A stretch of 63,760 nucleotides of DNA, counting the filler, from Hyphochytrium catenoides (taxonomy: Eukaryota > Protista > Hyphochytriomycota), in NCBI GenBank assembly GCA_900088475.1. It is 11 parts of 11 records of this genome, joined end to end, with 100 filler letters (N's around TTAATTAATTAA, not from the genome) between each part and the next. Parts side by side here need not be neighbours in the genome. Positions count along the whole stretch, not along the records: positions 1 to 16,185 come from FLMG01003736.1; 10 more parts are not named here. The stretch is one strand, 5' to 3'. The notes below the pieces were generated by a model, which did not search any database, had not been told where the DNA came from, and saw only the letters and a list, made by a program, of their open reading frames with translations. Made by a program: the position numbers and the translations under genes. Numbering within the stretch: position 1 is the first letter of the stretch; each line of letters opens with the position of its first letter. Shown here one piece after another: positions 1 to 12,600 of this stretch.

Positions 1-1159
1 TAGAAGCCGAGATATGAACAAGCGAAAGGTCGTCTCTGTTTATATCTATGGCTTATGGCCAGTATCCCGGAATACCTTCAGGACTGACTACTCTGGACAG
101 GGTTATCTCTATGACTGAATATCTTAGGGCTTACTAGGAACAGTTGGCAAAGTCAGAATAGCACTAGATTGTGGGACCCCAGCTGGGCTTATTAGTACAG
201 CATTTTGATCTAAATAACATTGTCCAATCATCCCATGTAATCCAACATATCTCTCTCTCTTTTTCTCTCTCTCTGTTTTTTCTCTCTCAATTTCTCTCTC
301 TCTCCTCTCCTCCTGCTGCCAGATTTCATCTGATCCGCTTCCCTGTTCCAACGGCCACCACCTTTCCGCTTCCTCGTCTACTCTTCAGTCATCCTCCTCC
401 GGCACACCACTCCAAACAATAGGAACATAATCTGCGATGGCCGTAGACAATCTCGTGGTCTCGGTTGCAGTCGATTATGTCTGTCGGTTAGCTCGTACCA
501 CAGAGAGCTTAAGGTACCTGTTAGTTGTCCCAACCCTCGCCGACGATGGGGTTGCTGAACCCACCGACGCTGGTCAAAACAACCTGCCTGAGAGTAGAAC
601 TGCTGTTGGCCCTGGGGTGGAGGATGTCGCTAGCCCCGTGTAATATGCGAAGATTCCTGAGATCTTCGACTAACGGTACACTATCAGTCTCCTATCAGGA
701 TAGCCAAGGAGAACAAGCGTCTTTCCTTTTGCGAGTATGCCTCTCCTCAATTAGGGAGCGCGTCTCGCTTCGACCAGATTAGAGGAGCGGCAAACTCGGA
801 AGGGCAAGGCAAACAAGCTCGCCAAGAAGGAGCTGCTGAAGGTATTATGACGATAGAAGTGAGACCGCGATCCGTGGCTGTTAGTATAGACCATTTAATC
901 GGTATAGTTTAACTCTCTTCTTTCCAAGTCCATGTCAAACATACATATATGGCGGAAGTCGACAAGATCCATTGATTCTCCTTCTTTGCTCTTGCCATCT
1001 TCTCTCTCTCTGCCTCGCTTTCTTGCTCGTTATCTTCTTCCTCTAATCTCTATCTTTTGTTCTCTCCATCTCCGTCTCCCTCTCTTTTGCTCTTCCAAGT
1101 CAGAAAAGATCATTGACGGACGGGGAGAAGAGCGATCGATGCTGGTCCTCTGGTCTTGC

Positions 1160-3271
1160 TTGCTCTTCTTCTCTCTATTTCCTGTCTTAAGGAGCTGCTC
1201 CCTTGTGGCTCAGCGCTGGGCTTTAGAAGCTCCTCGGCGTGAGTTTAGGTACGAAGGGATTGGTTCCGAACAGCATCCACTGCTGGGCCGCCAAGAAACC
1301 TTCCACAGCCTTGGGACTGCTGGCCTTGAAGGGGATACTTTGCTCCTAGAGCTTGAGCGACCACCAGCCCGCTCAGCACTGCTGACTCTTGAATGTTCGC
1401 GATCATCATCTCCGCCCCGGCGTACTAAATGGTCCCTTGTCCCTGGGTTTTATGCATGTTACGGCCTGCGAGGGAAGAAGTTGTGATCGTGGGTGGTAGT
1501 AGAGAATTTATGGTGCGGATGGCGAGAGAAAGAAGGAGACAACGCAGTTGAAGCAGAAGAAGAGTTGGTAGAGCCGACTTTTTCAACAATCAGCTGGTCA
1601 ATGGCTGAAGAAACATTCGGCTGAAGAAACATTCGGTTCCATTGTAGGGTGGTGCTCCGGGGAAAGAGAGAGAGAATGATGGTGGCAGTGGGACTGATGC
1701 TGCTCCTTCTTGTCTGACTGCTGGATAGAGGAGATTGGTCTGTTCCAGGAAGACGCAGGCTTCCCTGCTGCTTTTGTCTTGCCTCACAGGATCTGCTCCT
1801 AATATCACATTAGCTGATGCGTTGCCTTGTTGCCTTGGCTGAAAGCGAGGGAGAGGAAAGTAGGAGGGCAACGGGAGAGGTGAGGGCTCCTCGTCCTCCT
1901 TCATTTACTCCGAGGACCACCGATGAAGTCTCTCTCTCACCGTGACGTTCTCTGGGTTGCACAGTCGTCGAGGTATATCCAGCGCGGAGAAGGACTCAGG
2001 GCTGGCCTGGAGGAGAGCCATCATTTGTGGGATGAGAAGGGCGAGAATGACGTGATCGAATACTTTGTCTTCTTCTTCCTTCTCCTCTGTCCCCGTCTCT
2101 GAGTCTATCCCTTGTCCTCCTTCTTTACTTCTGCGAGACAGGAGCGACAGTGTGGTCTGCGGAGAGCTGAAGGGAGACTTTGACGTTGAGGAACGGAGCC
2201 TTGTGACGGCAGTTCCCGTCCTCACGTTGACTCCGTTCTTCTGGATGTCGCCCATAAGTCTCTCCACGAAGACCTTGCACCCAAGGCGAAAAGACTGGGT
2301 GATGACTCTTCCTTCCACAGAGCTGCAGCCGGGCAGCCGACTCTCAAAGAACAGGAAGAGGGCCAGCGGAGTGTTGAAAGACGCTCCTGCTTGGCCAAGA
2401 TAGACGGATAGACAAGGGCGCATGTGGAGCTCTTTGAAGGACGCAGTGAAGCCATGAAGACTGAGAAATTCTCCCACGGTCTCAGTCATAAGGCGCTCCT
2501 CCGAGTAGTGTCGGGCAGCTTCGTCCAGCTTGTCCTTAAGCCGTACTCTTTCCTAGGCAAAGGAAGAAGACGAAGAGGAAGAGGACGACTAAGTACTTTC
2601 GCCGCTCCCATTGTTGCTGCTCCCTTGCTGCTTGAAAATAGGTCACTGAGTATCCAGTGGAGGATATCTTCATGTCCTTCTCGGTTGCCTCGATGCCCAG
2701 CTGTCTGAGGAGCTGTTCGAAGTTTGGTTTGCCGAAGAAGCTCTTGAACCCAAGATCCACCGCGATTTTTCCTTCATCCTTCTTCCCTTCTCCGGCGCCA
2801 TACTCATAGGTAAAGTCAGCGCCTCCGAGCCTGTCTTCCCTCTCAAACTGGGTGAATAACATGAGGCGTTCAGAGAGAGAGAGCGCACGCTGCTGTCAAG
2901 CCGCTCACACCTCCTCCCACGATGGCAATGCGCTTCAAAGGAACCGAGTGCACCTCACAAGAGCATGGAATCCAAATGAAGAGAACAGAGAAAAGGGAGA
3001 CAACAACGAGGAACAGCAGCAACAGTCGCTTGTATGGGAGGCGGAGATATCCCACGAGACTGTCTCCTTCCTTCCATTCTTCATTCGCTTTGTCTATCTG
3101 CTCTTCTCTCTCATTCAGTAGTCGCTCCTGACCAGACCGAGCACAAGCTCCGACAAGAAGAGTAAGGTCCGCCAGCACGTTGCTGCTGACAGTTCTTCCC
3201 TTCATGTTGTCAGCGACCGGGCTCTCCAGTTCCAAGAGGCGCGCTATACCTTTCTCGTCCTCTTCTGTCAT
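1160..3271 (-). pseudogene. FAD-dependent oxidoreductase (amine oxidase/COG2907-like) with an N-terminal TM anchor, frameshifted
   Basis: Rossmann motif KRIAIVGGGVSGLTAA (ORF 2870-3400) continues in other frames as FEREDRLGG..AVDLGF..PNFEQLLRQLGIE (2536-2862) and VFDHVILA (1905-2489). Frame breaks have no obvious introns. The 3' extent is approximate. Confidence 0.6.
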
Positions 3272-3291
3272 TCTCGGGGGGGCTAGAAGAC

Positions 3292-4479
3292 TCAGCTCAA
3301 AGGAGCTGGGCTCTCTTTGCTGGCGCTGCCTCGCAATCTTAGCCCTTCGATCTGTAGCTGCACGCCAACAAGAAGCAGAATGAATCCAGATACAAACCAT
3401 CGAAGGAAGAGATCCCAGGAGGTGAACAGCCTATCGTTCAGCCAGGTTGTTTCCACGTACAAGTACATGGCAAGACCATTGAGAGCCACCCTCAAGGAAA
3501 AGGTGTACACAGCGCAGACCGCCAAGAAGCGACTGACGAGCCCGTCGTTGGAGCAGAGTCTGTACAAGAGGATAGCGACGAAGCACGGAAGCTCCAATCC
3601 AATATGTAGAAAAAAGACGTAAGCCAGAGAGAAGTACTGCAGCTGCAAGCACTGAAAGATTGGAGGTATGAAGATCGTAAAGCATACGAGGGCCAACACG
3701 TGATGAATAGAAATTAACAAGACGCTGCGACCGAGAGCCTGCACCTCGCTATTACAACGGCGGGTGCCTGCGGTTGCCTCTCCAGATGAAGAAGAATGCT
3801 GCATCGCCGCTCTCTCCTTTGCGAGAAAAGAAGCGACATCGGCGATCCGGATCGGAGCTTGGTCATCTAGCAACATGAAGGGGTTACGTGGTGTGCCCGT
3901 GGAGGTCGGCCCAGGGTAAGCAGTAGTGGCCTCAGGGCTCCTTGCTGCTGCCTTCGGGGTGAGAGAGAGAGCGAGAGTGACGCCCGCAATCTCCATCAGG
4001 TAGAGCACGTAAACAGGAGTAGTGCAATAGCCGCTGAGGATCAGCAGTGTCCTTGTTCGTCTCACCAAGGAGGGAGCAGAGTCCCAGTTATCCGTAGAGA
4101 AAGAAGACGGATCGCTCTGGTGAGTCAGGCTTCCGATGTAAAGAGCGGCCCACAAGTTGTCCTCCCCTGCGAGGGTCCATATTAGCACTCCCAATAAAAG
4201 AAGGCTAGCCAACAAATTCAGCATCTGGAAAATCATTTGGACGCGGCGGAAGCCTGTCATCTTGCTTGCTAACGGCCCAAAGAATTGCCCTCGTCGCCAC
4301 GCCGCGTCCAGAATGATATACAGGCCGGACCAGACGGTCGTCCAAAATAAGTACTGGGGACCGAAGGAGGTAAGGGCCGCGGACTCTAGCTCGGCGGCAA
4401 GGAACGTCATCACCTCACTTTTGCTCGAGAGGACCGGACCGGAGTAGGTCTCGTCCGGGTTGAGCCAGTTTACAGTCAT
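3292..4479 (-). CDS. Intronless multi-pass membrane protein, TLC (TRAM/LAG1/CLN8)-like
   Basis: 395-aa ORF with about 6-7 hydrophobic segments, an IHHVLAL (HH) motif and a downstream LELP motif typical of TLC domains. Confidence 0.6.
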   Translation of the reverse strand: MTVNWLNPDETYSGPVLSSKSEVMTFLAAELESAALTSFGPQYLFWTTVWSGLYIILDAAWRRGQFFGPLASKMTGFRRVQMIFQMLNLLASLLLLGVLIWTLAGEDNLWAALYIGSLTHQSDPSSFSTDNWDSAPSLVRRTRTLLILSGYCTTPVYVLYLMEIAGVTLALSLTPKAAARSPEATTAYPGPTSTGTPRNPFMLLDDQAPIRIADVASFLAKERAAMQHSSSSGEATAGTRRCNSEVQALGRSVLLISIHHVLALVCFTIFIPPIFQCLQLQYFSLAYVFFLHIGLELPCFVAILLYRLCSNDGLVSRFLAVCAVYTFSLRVALNGLAMYLYVETTWLNDRLFTSWDLFLRWFVSGFILLLVGVQLQIEGLRLRGSASKESPAPLS

Positions 4480-6189
4480 CTTTGCTGCGGTAGCTGTTGC
4501 GGCTCCTTGGTTACCTCAGGACGCCGGATACCATGGAGAAGAGGAGGTAGATGGGAAAATTCGAAATGAGATGGCGGCTGGAAGGGAGGAGAAGAAAGGC
4601 AGACCACCACCCGACGAGCACGGGGAGCGGCGGCGTTATTTGTAAAAAGATAGAGGAACATTCTCATCAGACGATGAGAGAGTAGAACGAGCTGCATTAT
4701 CGTTCAACCCCATTTTATCCTAATAGTAAATCTTGATGAGAAGTTTCTTCCTCTTCTCCTTCTCTCTAACAGATGGAAAAGCCTACGACGTAGGACCCGC
4801 TGCATCATCTCTTTCGCAACGCTGAGGAGACTGACTGTGGAGAAACTCGTCTACAAAGAGATGATCACTAGCTTGTACAGCAGTAGCAGCAGGCCAGAAG
4901 AAGAAAGGACAAACAACAATAGATGAGGCCCACACCACCATCATCAGAAGCCAGTCTGTAGGCTTGGTTCTCTCCACAGCTCTCGGTATATATTTACCTC
5001 CTACGCTCTCCGAACTCGCCTCGAGCCTTATACTTTAGAGCTGTAAAGGCACAGAGCTGACAGAAGACAGCTTGTAAGAAGGACATGAGCACGCACTACC
5101 TATCGTTATTCTTTATTATTAAAACCAGATGAGAGGTAGAACTATTCAGTGCACCTGCTGTCCAACATCCAGCGGTGCAAGGAGCAAATGGTGGTGGTGG
5201 TCACCAGCACCCACCTCTCACCTTTCCTGCTGCACCGCTCCCCAAGCCGTCTCTCCCTCCAAGAAGAGATTCCCAGAGGAGGAGCATGCAGACATCTTCT
5301 GGAGCCTTATCTGCTGACTGCTGGAGCTGTGGCGGCGGCTGGTGATAGCGGTAATAGTAGTAAACGGCAGTAGAAAGCTGGTACTTGGACGTTGGCTGTC
5401 GAATGATACCGTCACAGGGAGAACAGCGACGACTAGAGCTACCGGGCCCGTAAAGGAGGAACTAATAAGTAACAGTGGTTCTACAGGGCTGCTGATGCTA
5501 GGAGAAAACCTCTCTAGCCTTCGTGCTTCCTCTTATTCTTTGTCTTCTTCTTTTCTCTCTTTCTTCTACACCCCGTCTATCACCTGCCTACAAGCCTGCT
5601 GGATTATAAAGAGAAAGAACAGCTAGGGGACGGAACGAGAACGCCATGAAGCAACGCCGAAGAAGCACCCTACGTTGGCAAGGGTAGTAGTTCTACTGGA
5701 TGCGCCAGGGAGACGGTGCCTTTGTTGCCGCACGTCTTTCGTTCTTTAGGCATCTTAGCCTAAGATGCCGGTTTATCTAGTTACTCTATCTATGATGATG
5801 ATGAAGAAATAGATCCGGTGCATCTGTCTAAGTCGAGCGGTGCAGCCAAGAAGAAAATGGGCACCAGCCCCGCTCCCTCCTGCCTCCGGCTCTCCCTCCT
5901 GCCCCAGGCTCTCCTAAAAGATTCTCCATGTAAATCTTACCTTTTTTTTATTTCGTGGAGCGACGTCCTCCTGCTGGAAGCAGGCAGTCTCGGTGACGTA
6001 CTGCATTGTTCTAGGGAGGCAGAGACGAGAAGAGGCGAAAGCGTCGTTCTTCACTGTTCCATTATTATTCACTCTCTCTCTTCCGCATCCTCTTCTATAT
6101 AGTGGTGTCCCGCTGCTGTCAACTACTAACCTAGTAGAAGAAGAGGTGCGAGGATGAGCGGCGGCGCTGCTATCCTACTTCCATCAGGA

Positions 6190-6770
6190 GTGCCAAACGA
6201 GGTGGGCATCAGCCTCCGTGATGAAAAAGCAGTCCATTGAAGGCCCGCGACAATAAGTCGAGGCTGCAGCGATGGCTGGATTTTCTAGCTAACGATATCG
6301 CCCTCACATCTTGCTTTACTACTCCTGCGGCGTGCAAGGCATATTCAAGCTCTACCATAACGTCGGCGTGAGCTGGTACTTGCATCGATCCCAGATCGTC
6401 ATCACCGGACGATGAAAGGCCATACACTGCTCACCTTCCCAGGTACTCAATGGCATGAGAAAAAGATGGTTGATGGTGTAAGACTGAGGTTACTAGCAGC
6501 GAGCTCCGCAGCTCGCTAGCCCAGGTTGACATAAGCCCGGTGCATGCCTGATCTTGTCCCTGTCAAGTGGCCTATTTGATTGAGGGGAAGCGCCGACACC
6601 TTCCTTCTTACATTCCGGCTTTCATATGCCTAACCTCCGTGTAGCGGTACCATCATATACGCCTCTGAACGACGAGCTCTGGCTTTGTTAGCTCTTGGAG
6701 AAGCAAGCGCTATGTACGACCAGCTGGATAGGGGAAGGCGCTCACGATGAGGATGCCCCTCACCGGAATT
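6190..6770 (-). mobile_element. Highly degenerate non-LTR (CRE-like) retrotransposon RT/thumb remnant
   Basis: Fragmentary translation ...QDVRAISLARKS...AFNGLLFHHGG resembles the LPxxxGGLG region. Multiple stops. Confidence 0.3.
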
Positions 6771-8552
6771 AACGAGGAGGACCGGGAGTCCTGAATTTTC
6801 CCTGAGCCAGCTCCTGGCAATCAGTGTAGCTCCTAGGATGGAGGCTGTTAACCATCTCTCTTTCTATCCCCTCGACTTTCCTGTCTCTCTCTTGATTGTT
6901 GATGGAGCTATAGTTCTTCTGCCTCTTTCGCTCTCTGCTCCCTATCGTCAATGGTCCGTATTCATAAGGTTACGCAGTCCATAAAGGTCGTCTACCATAA
7001 AGTTCCTCAGGATCACCTTGGTCGGCGGAGGCCAGTCCAACTGGAACAGAGACTTAGCTAACCGTTCACTCTCTGGTCCCCTAAATCAATAGCGAGGTGC
7101 ATCTTCCTCCCGCCGACTGAAGAGCGGCCAGACAGACTGACTTTTCGATGAGCTTCTGCAGACCTACCACCTATGATAGTAAGGAGAATGTTTAGAAGAA
7201 ACAGACGGATGCTCTTCACATCAAAGTCATCTGTTGTGCTTTGTGAGGGAAAAGTTAGGGAGGAAACATGGGATCAACGGTATCTTCCTTCTCCCGGAAG
7301 CGGAGATGCCGAGCCTACGAGCGAGCGGCGGTAGATCGATTAGCTGTTGCCAGATCTGTTCTATCCTGACTGCTGCCATGAACAGATAACCTGATGGTAG
7401 GCCTAAGAGGAATCTGGCTAAGGAGAAGAAGAAAGAGGAAGAAGATACGAAAAACAAGGAAGGGACGGAAGTTAGGCAGGGAAAGGAGGGAGGAGGAGTG
7501 CAAAGGAAAGAAAGAACAACTCTTCTTGGAGCAGGAGAAGAGAGGAGATTTTGGGGGAAGAGAGACGGAGATAAAGAGTTTTGGTCTAGAGACAGAGGGC
7601 AGATACACAGAATCCTGAAGAATGCCAATGTCGCTTAGGCAGAAAAAACGGACACATAGCTTCTGCAGAAGAAGACGTGCTATCTCACTCTTTTGGACTC
7701 TAAGACATGCAGATGGGCCTCGTCCCTCCCTCCCATCTTCCGTTCTCAGTAGCCATTGCTTGCGCCTCTCACTGCTCAGTCTTCCGTTTCACTCTTGGAC
7801 ATCCTTTTCTTATCTCACTTCATTCACTTGTTTGAGCCTGGGTCCCACCGTCGGGGCTGGAGAGATGAGAAATTTTTAAGAAGAAACAGAACGTGTCGAC
7901 AACACTCCGTGCGCCCATCATGTTGATGATCTCGTTCTGATTTTGATAACGCCGAGCAGCAAACAAGGGACCAAGTTGGGAGGATGCCAGCGGCCGCTCT
8001 CCTCCGCGACGAAGTGGACGAGAGAACGGAGCAAGGGAAGAAGCCAACCCGACGAGACTCTGTGGACAACAAGGGAGTGCAGGCGGAAGTGCATTGGGTG
8101 TGAGGAAGGAGGAGAGAGAGAGCGAGGGCCAGCGAGGAGAAGAAAGAAAGGAAGGGAGAGACGGAGAGAAGATTAGAGCAGCACGAGCGAGCCGGCGCAC
8201 GCGGGAGGCCAGGCGAGGCGAGGCGAGGCGAGAGAGACAGAGCAAGATGTGTAAGGGTCAGTAGGAGAGTTGGTAATATGGCCGAGTCTAATGAGGACCC
8301 AACCTGAATTGTTCAACGGAAGGGCTGATGGCTAACTCTGGAAGCTGCTGAATGGTGATTTACTCCACGAGAAGCTAACTGAAAACGAAACTAGTGACTG
8401 GGCAACCGAACCTTAGTAAATCCTCCGCAAATAACGAAAAGACACAAAACGTTTGACAAGAACTGCCACTCGGACTTCAAGCTGAAGAGTGAACCAACAG
8501 GAAGAAAGGGAGCGAAAGAGACACACACACACACACGAGAGAGAGAGACATA

Positions 8553-8603
<51 letters not shown>

Positions 8604-9311
8604 CAACAAGCAGTCAGTGAGGATCCGCTGCCATTGTGATGCTAGCTCGTTCGGGTCTCCCTTAGCTTACTCGGACGGTGAAGCTTTCTTAGCGGTGTGA
8701 CAGGCAGGTAGGGCGGCGAAGTAAGGCTGGACAGAGTGGAAGAGAGAGGCAGCCATACTTCCTCCTCCTCTAGAGGGCCAGTCAACAGTGCGGGGCAGCA
8801 GACCACCTTCGCTTCCTCGGCCTCTCCCCGTCAGCCAGCAGCTGACAAGAAAAAAGATCTGGAACGTGTCCCCTTTATGGGCTGACTCTCTGCCCTGGAG
8901 AGTGTCGCTAAGAATAGAGGAGGTGAGCCTCCCGGACCGCCTATCCAGCAAGTTTCCCCCATTGCTCTTGGTGACCCTGCTGCTCTTCCCATGTCTCCAT
9001 GGCGGCCTTCCTTTTGGGCTCCTCCGGCCTGCTCGCGCATGCTGCCGTTGACTCTGCACCTCTTCCTAGCCCTGGGAGGGTGTGCGGCAACCTTCTCCTC
9101 CTAAAAAAGAATCTTAGACCTCCCAGACATATTAAGCTCTCTCTCTCCATCCACTGCGCCCCAAGTAGGTTATTTCCACGCTACCTGTCGCTTCCCGTCT
9201 GAAGAGAGAGAGAACAAACAGAATCTGGGCAGTCCGCAGGGCGTCTCACTATACTCAGCTTGCCCGGTGTGCTCTTTCTCAAGCGGCACGGAGGGGCCAC
9301 GTAGGCTTAGC

Positions 9312-9509
9312 ATGCCGGTAAGTAGGCCCCAGACTATTGGGCCTATGAAGGTGGATGGCGACAGCAGCAGCAGCAGCAGCACGAATGTGAAGACTGTCCC
9401 AACCACTGATGAAGAACTAAATCAGCGCTATGCGGCACTGCTGGTAAGGGACAATGACCAAGAAGTAAAGAAAGGATGGAAGGCATAGATTTCGAATCAG
9501 ACACAGAAA

Positions 9510-9556
<47 letters not shown>

Positions 9557-9606
9557 ACACAAAAAGAGAGAGAGAAAGACACACCGACACTCACACACGC
9601 AGAGAA

Positions 9607-9655
<49 letters not shown>

Positions 9656-12600
9656 AAGAAGAGAGAGAGAGACAGGAGGAGGAGCAGTGATCTTGCTGTC
9701 TCTCTCTCTCTTCTTTCCTGACTTCTCTCTGCCTGGTTTCAGGACGATCTTGCTGTGCCGGAGAAGAGTCGTCAGAAGATGATAGCTGACACCACTCGAC
9801 ACGCGAAAGTGCTGCTGCTGACCCAGCATTTACAGACAAGCCAGGTAAACAAACACCCGTGATTGTCGAGCATCTTTCCTTTCCCGTCTCTTTTTCTGCC
9901 TGGAGGGACTCATGACTGATCAAACTAGTTCTACTCGCCATTTGCAGACAAACGAGCCGAAGAATGGGAAAGCGGCGCTTGTCTATGTGGAATGCTTGAG
10001 AGGCAGCCCCGATGCAGCGCAGGTCCGCCAGTTGCGGATCGCGGTGGCAGGTGCCGGCAAAGGTTGGCTTGGGGAGTTCTTTCAATTGGGCGGGCTGGCT
10101 CTGCTCCTTGAGCGACTCCAACGCCTCGGACTGAGTGAGAGGTAGGACTTCTTATTCGTCTCTCTATGAGCCCAATCACGTCTCTAACAGCGCCATAATG
10201 TCGGGCCTATATCAAGCTCTTCCTTGAGCGACCTATGCGTAGCTTTGGAATGCTACAACTGTCTGAAAGCAGCCATGAACAATCAGGTTTGAATGCCTTG
10301 AGCTCTGCCTCTGTCGCGTCGACTCTCTTCTCTCTCCCTCTTCTGGTCCTCATCTACATTGTAAGCAGCTTGCTGGCACGGGTGGGCAGCACTGTGCTAA
10401 CACTTCTCTTGGTGTTCTAGTTTGGCTTGGAGGCTGTGGTGAAAACAGAGGGTGGAATCAAGGGCTTAACGGCAGGTCTGGCCTCGTCAGACAGCGCGAT
10501 CGCCATTCTGGCGCTCGAGCTCTTGGCCGTAGTGGCGGCGTACTCATCTCAGGGACACGAGTAGGTACAACTATTCTTAGAGCTCCACGCTTTTCTGTCT
10601 AAGACTATTTGCCTATCCTCGTGGGGCTGTCTGGCGCGCTCGCCGTGGTACACTCGCTTTCTCCTTTGCTATGAAGCCTGGTGTTGGAAGCGATGGACCA
10701 CTTTCGAGACGGACACGGGGAGCCGGTACGGTACTATACCCTCGTCCAAGCGCTGAAGAGCCCCCTGCAAGGCACCGCAGAGGACAAGGCGTCACAGGTC
10801 GAGTACCAGGTGAGAGAATAGTGGTGTGGTGCTTGCGGGAATAAGAAGCAGAGGGAGGCGTGGGAGGTTCTAAGAAGCAGAAGAGAAGGGAGAGAGATGT
10901 AGGAAGTGCGAAGGATCGCCCTGAGGACTGACAGAGCTCGCAGTGCTGCTTGATGACCTTCCTGAACACTCTGGTGAACGCGTCGATTGATATAGACGAG
11001 AGGATGGAGATACGGAGCGACCTGATGTACCTCGACTTCTTGCGTGTCCTCCAGGTACAGAGCCCTCAGTATTTGTCTTTATTCCTTGATCTTGAGTCTG
11101 CTTTTGCCCCTTTCCCTAACCTTGTATACTCTAGATCCTGCAGGATCGGGTGGAGAATGAGGGACAGGAAGTGGATGCAGAAGCTGTGGCGGCGCTGAAG
11201 ACGCAGCTCGAAGTGTTCCAGAGCATGATGAGCTCCGACGTTGCGGAATGCCTTAGAGGAGACATGAACCTCACGTCAGTCAAAGCTCTTATGACAGAGC
11301 CTTAGAGGGGATTATAGATAGAGAGCCAGTGCTATCGGCAGTCAAGAGATTGTCGTGAGAGGAGAGACCTGTGCTTTAGTCTGAGGTAGTATGGGGACAG
11401 GAAGTAAAGAGTGGGAAGTATGGATGGGGAGCAGAGTCGAGAACAGGGAGGAGAGAGCCTTGCTCAGAGCTCACCTGCCTTCCCTGCAGAGATCTGGACA
11501 GCATCTTCAAGGTCGTTTCGACTACGGCGTCGGAGACTGGCTGCCGACGGAACCTGCTGGGCCTAGTTCAGAGGCTGCTAGTCATACCCCAGGACCGTGT
11601 CTACGGGTCAGTAACCCTTAATACACAGGCGTAGAGAGATCAATACATAGGAAAGCCTTTCCATTAGCGATGTCAGTTGTTCTCAAGGCTGACTGTTCAC
11701 CGCAGGAGAGCGCTATGGGAAGCTATCGAGGACGCCGTCCACCTGATCATTACCAATGAGTTTCCGGGTATTGTTATCTCAATCTTATCCCAGAGAAAGT
11801 CTGCTTAGTTGAGCTCGCTCCCGCTAAATGCTGAGTCTTCCTTCTGGCGCCGACAGGCTCCTCCTTTAGCAGTTCACAGTTGAGAGAATTGCTGGATCTA
11901 AAAGAGGAAGTGGAGCGACTGAACAGAGTGGTGACGGCCCAAGTTGCCGAGATCAAAGCGTTGACAGCTCAGAACCAGAAGATTGGTGAGTGGATACACT
12001 TGAAGTCTCTTCTGCATTCATCTAGAGGCTTAGAAGGAACGAGGCAGGTGGTAAGAGAGAGTAAAGAAGTAGGCTGAGGAAGAAAGGAGAGAGGATTGAC
12101 TCAAGACAGACCCACACCAAGGGCGCTACGCCTCTAACTTCTTTTGCTGCGTGTCCCACAGATTCTCTTCGACCTGGTGCTTCGACCGCACCGCCTCCAC
12201 AGAAACCTCAGGCACCACCCGCACTACAGAAATACTTGCAGCTGCAGAAGCTAGGAATGCCGCTAGAGGCTTTGAAGCTGAAGATGAAGGCTGAGGGCCT
12301 CAATCCAGACCTGCTGGACGTATCAGCTACTAGTCAGTCCTCTGCCACCGCTGGCAGCGAGGGGTTGCTCCCCGCTAAGGAAGTATCTGCAAGTGTAAAA
12401 GCTGCGTCAGACCCTCGTCTTGCAAAGTTTGAGAAGCTGAGGGCGTTAGGGATGCCTACGGAACAGATAGAAATGAAGATGAGGTCGGAGGGGCTGGATC
12501 CTGCTGCTCTCAAGGGCCAGCTTGCGACGGCTGCGACTGCCAGTTGTGGTCAAGAACGGGGAGGAGAGGGAGACAAGTCGAAGCAGCTGCAAAAGTATCA

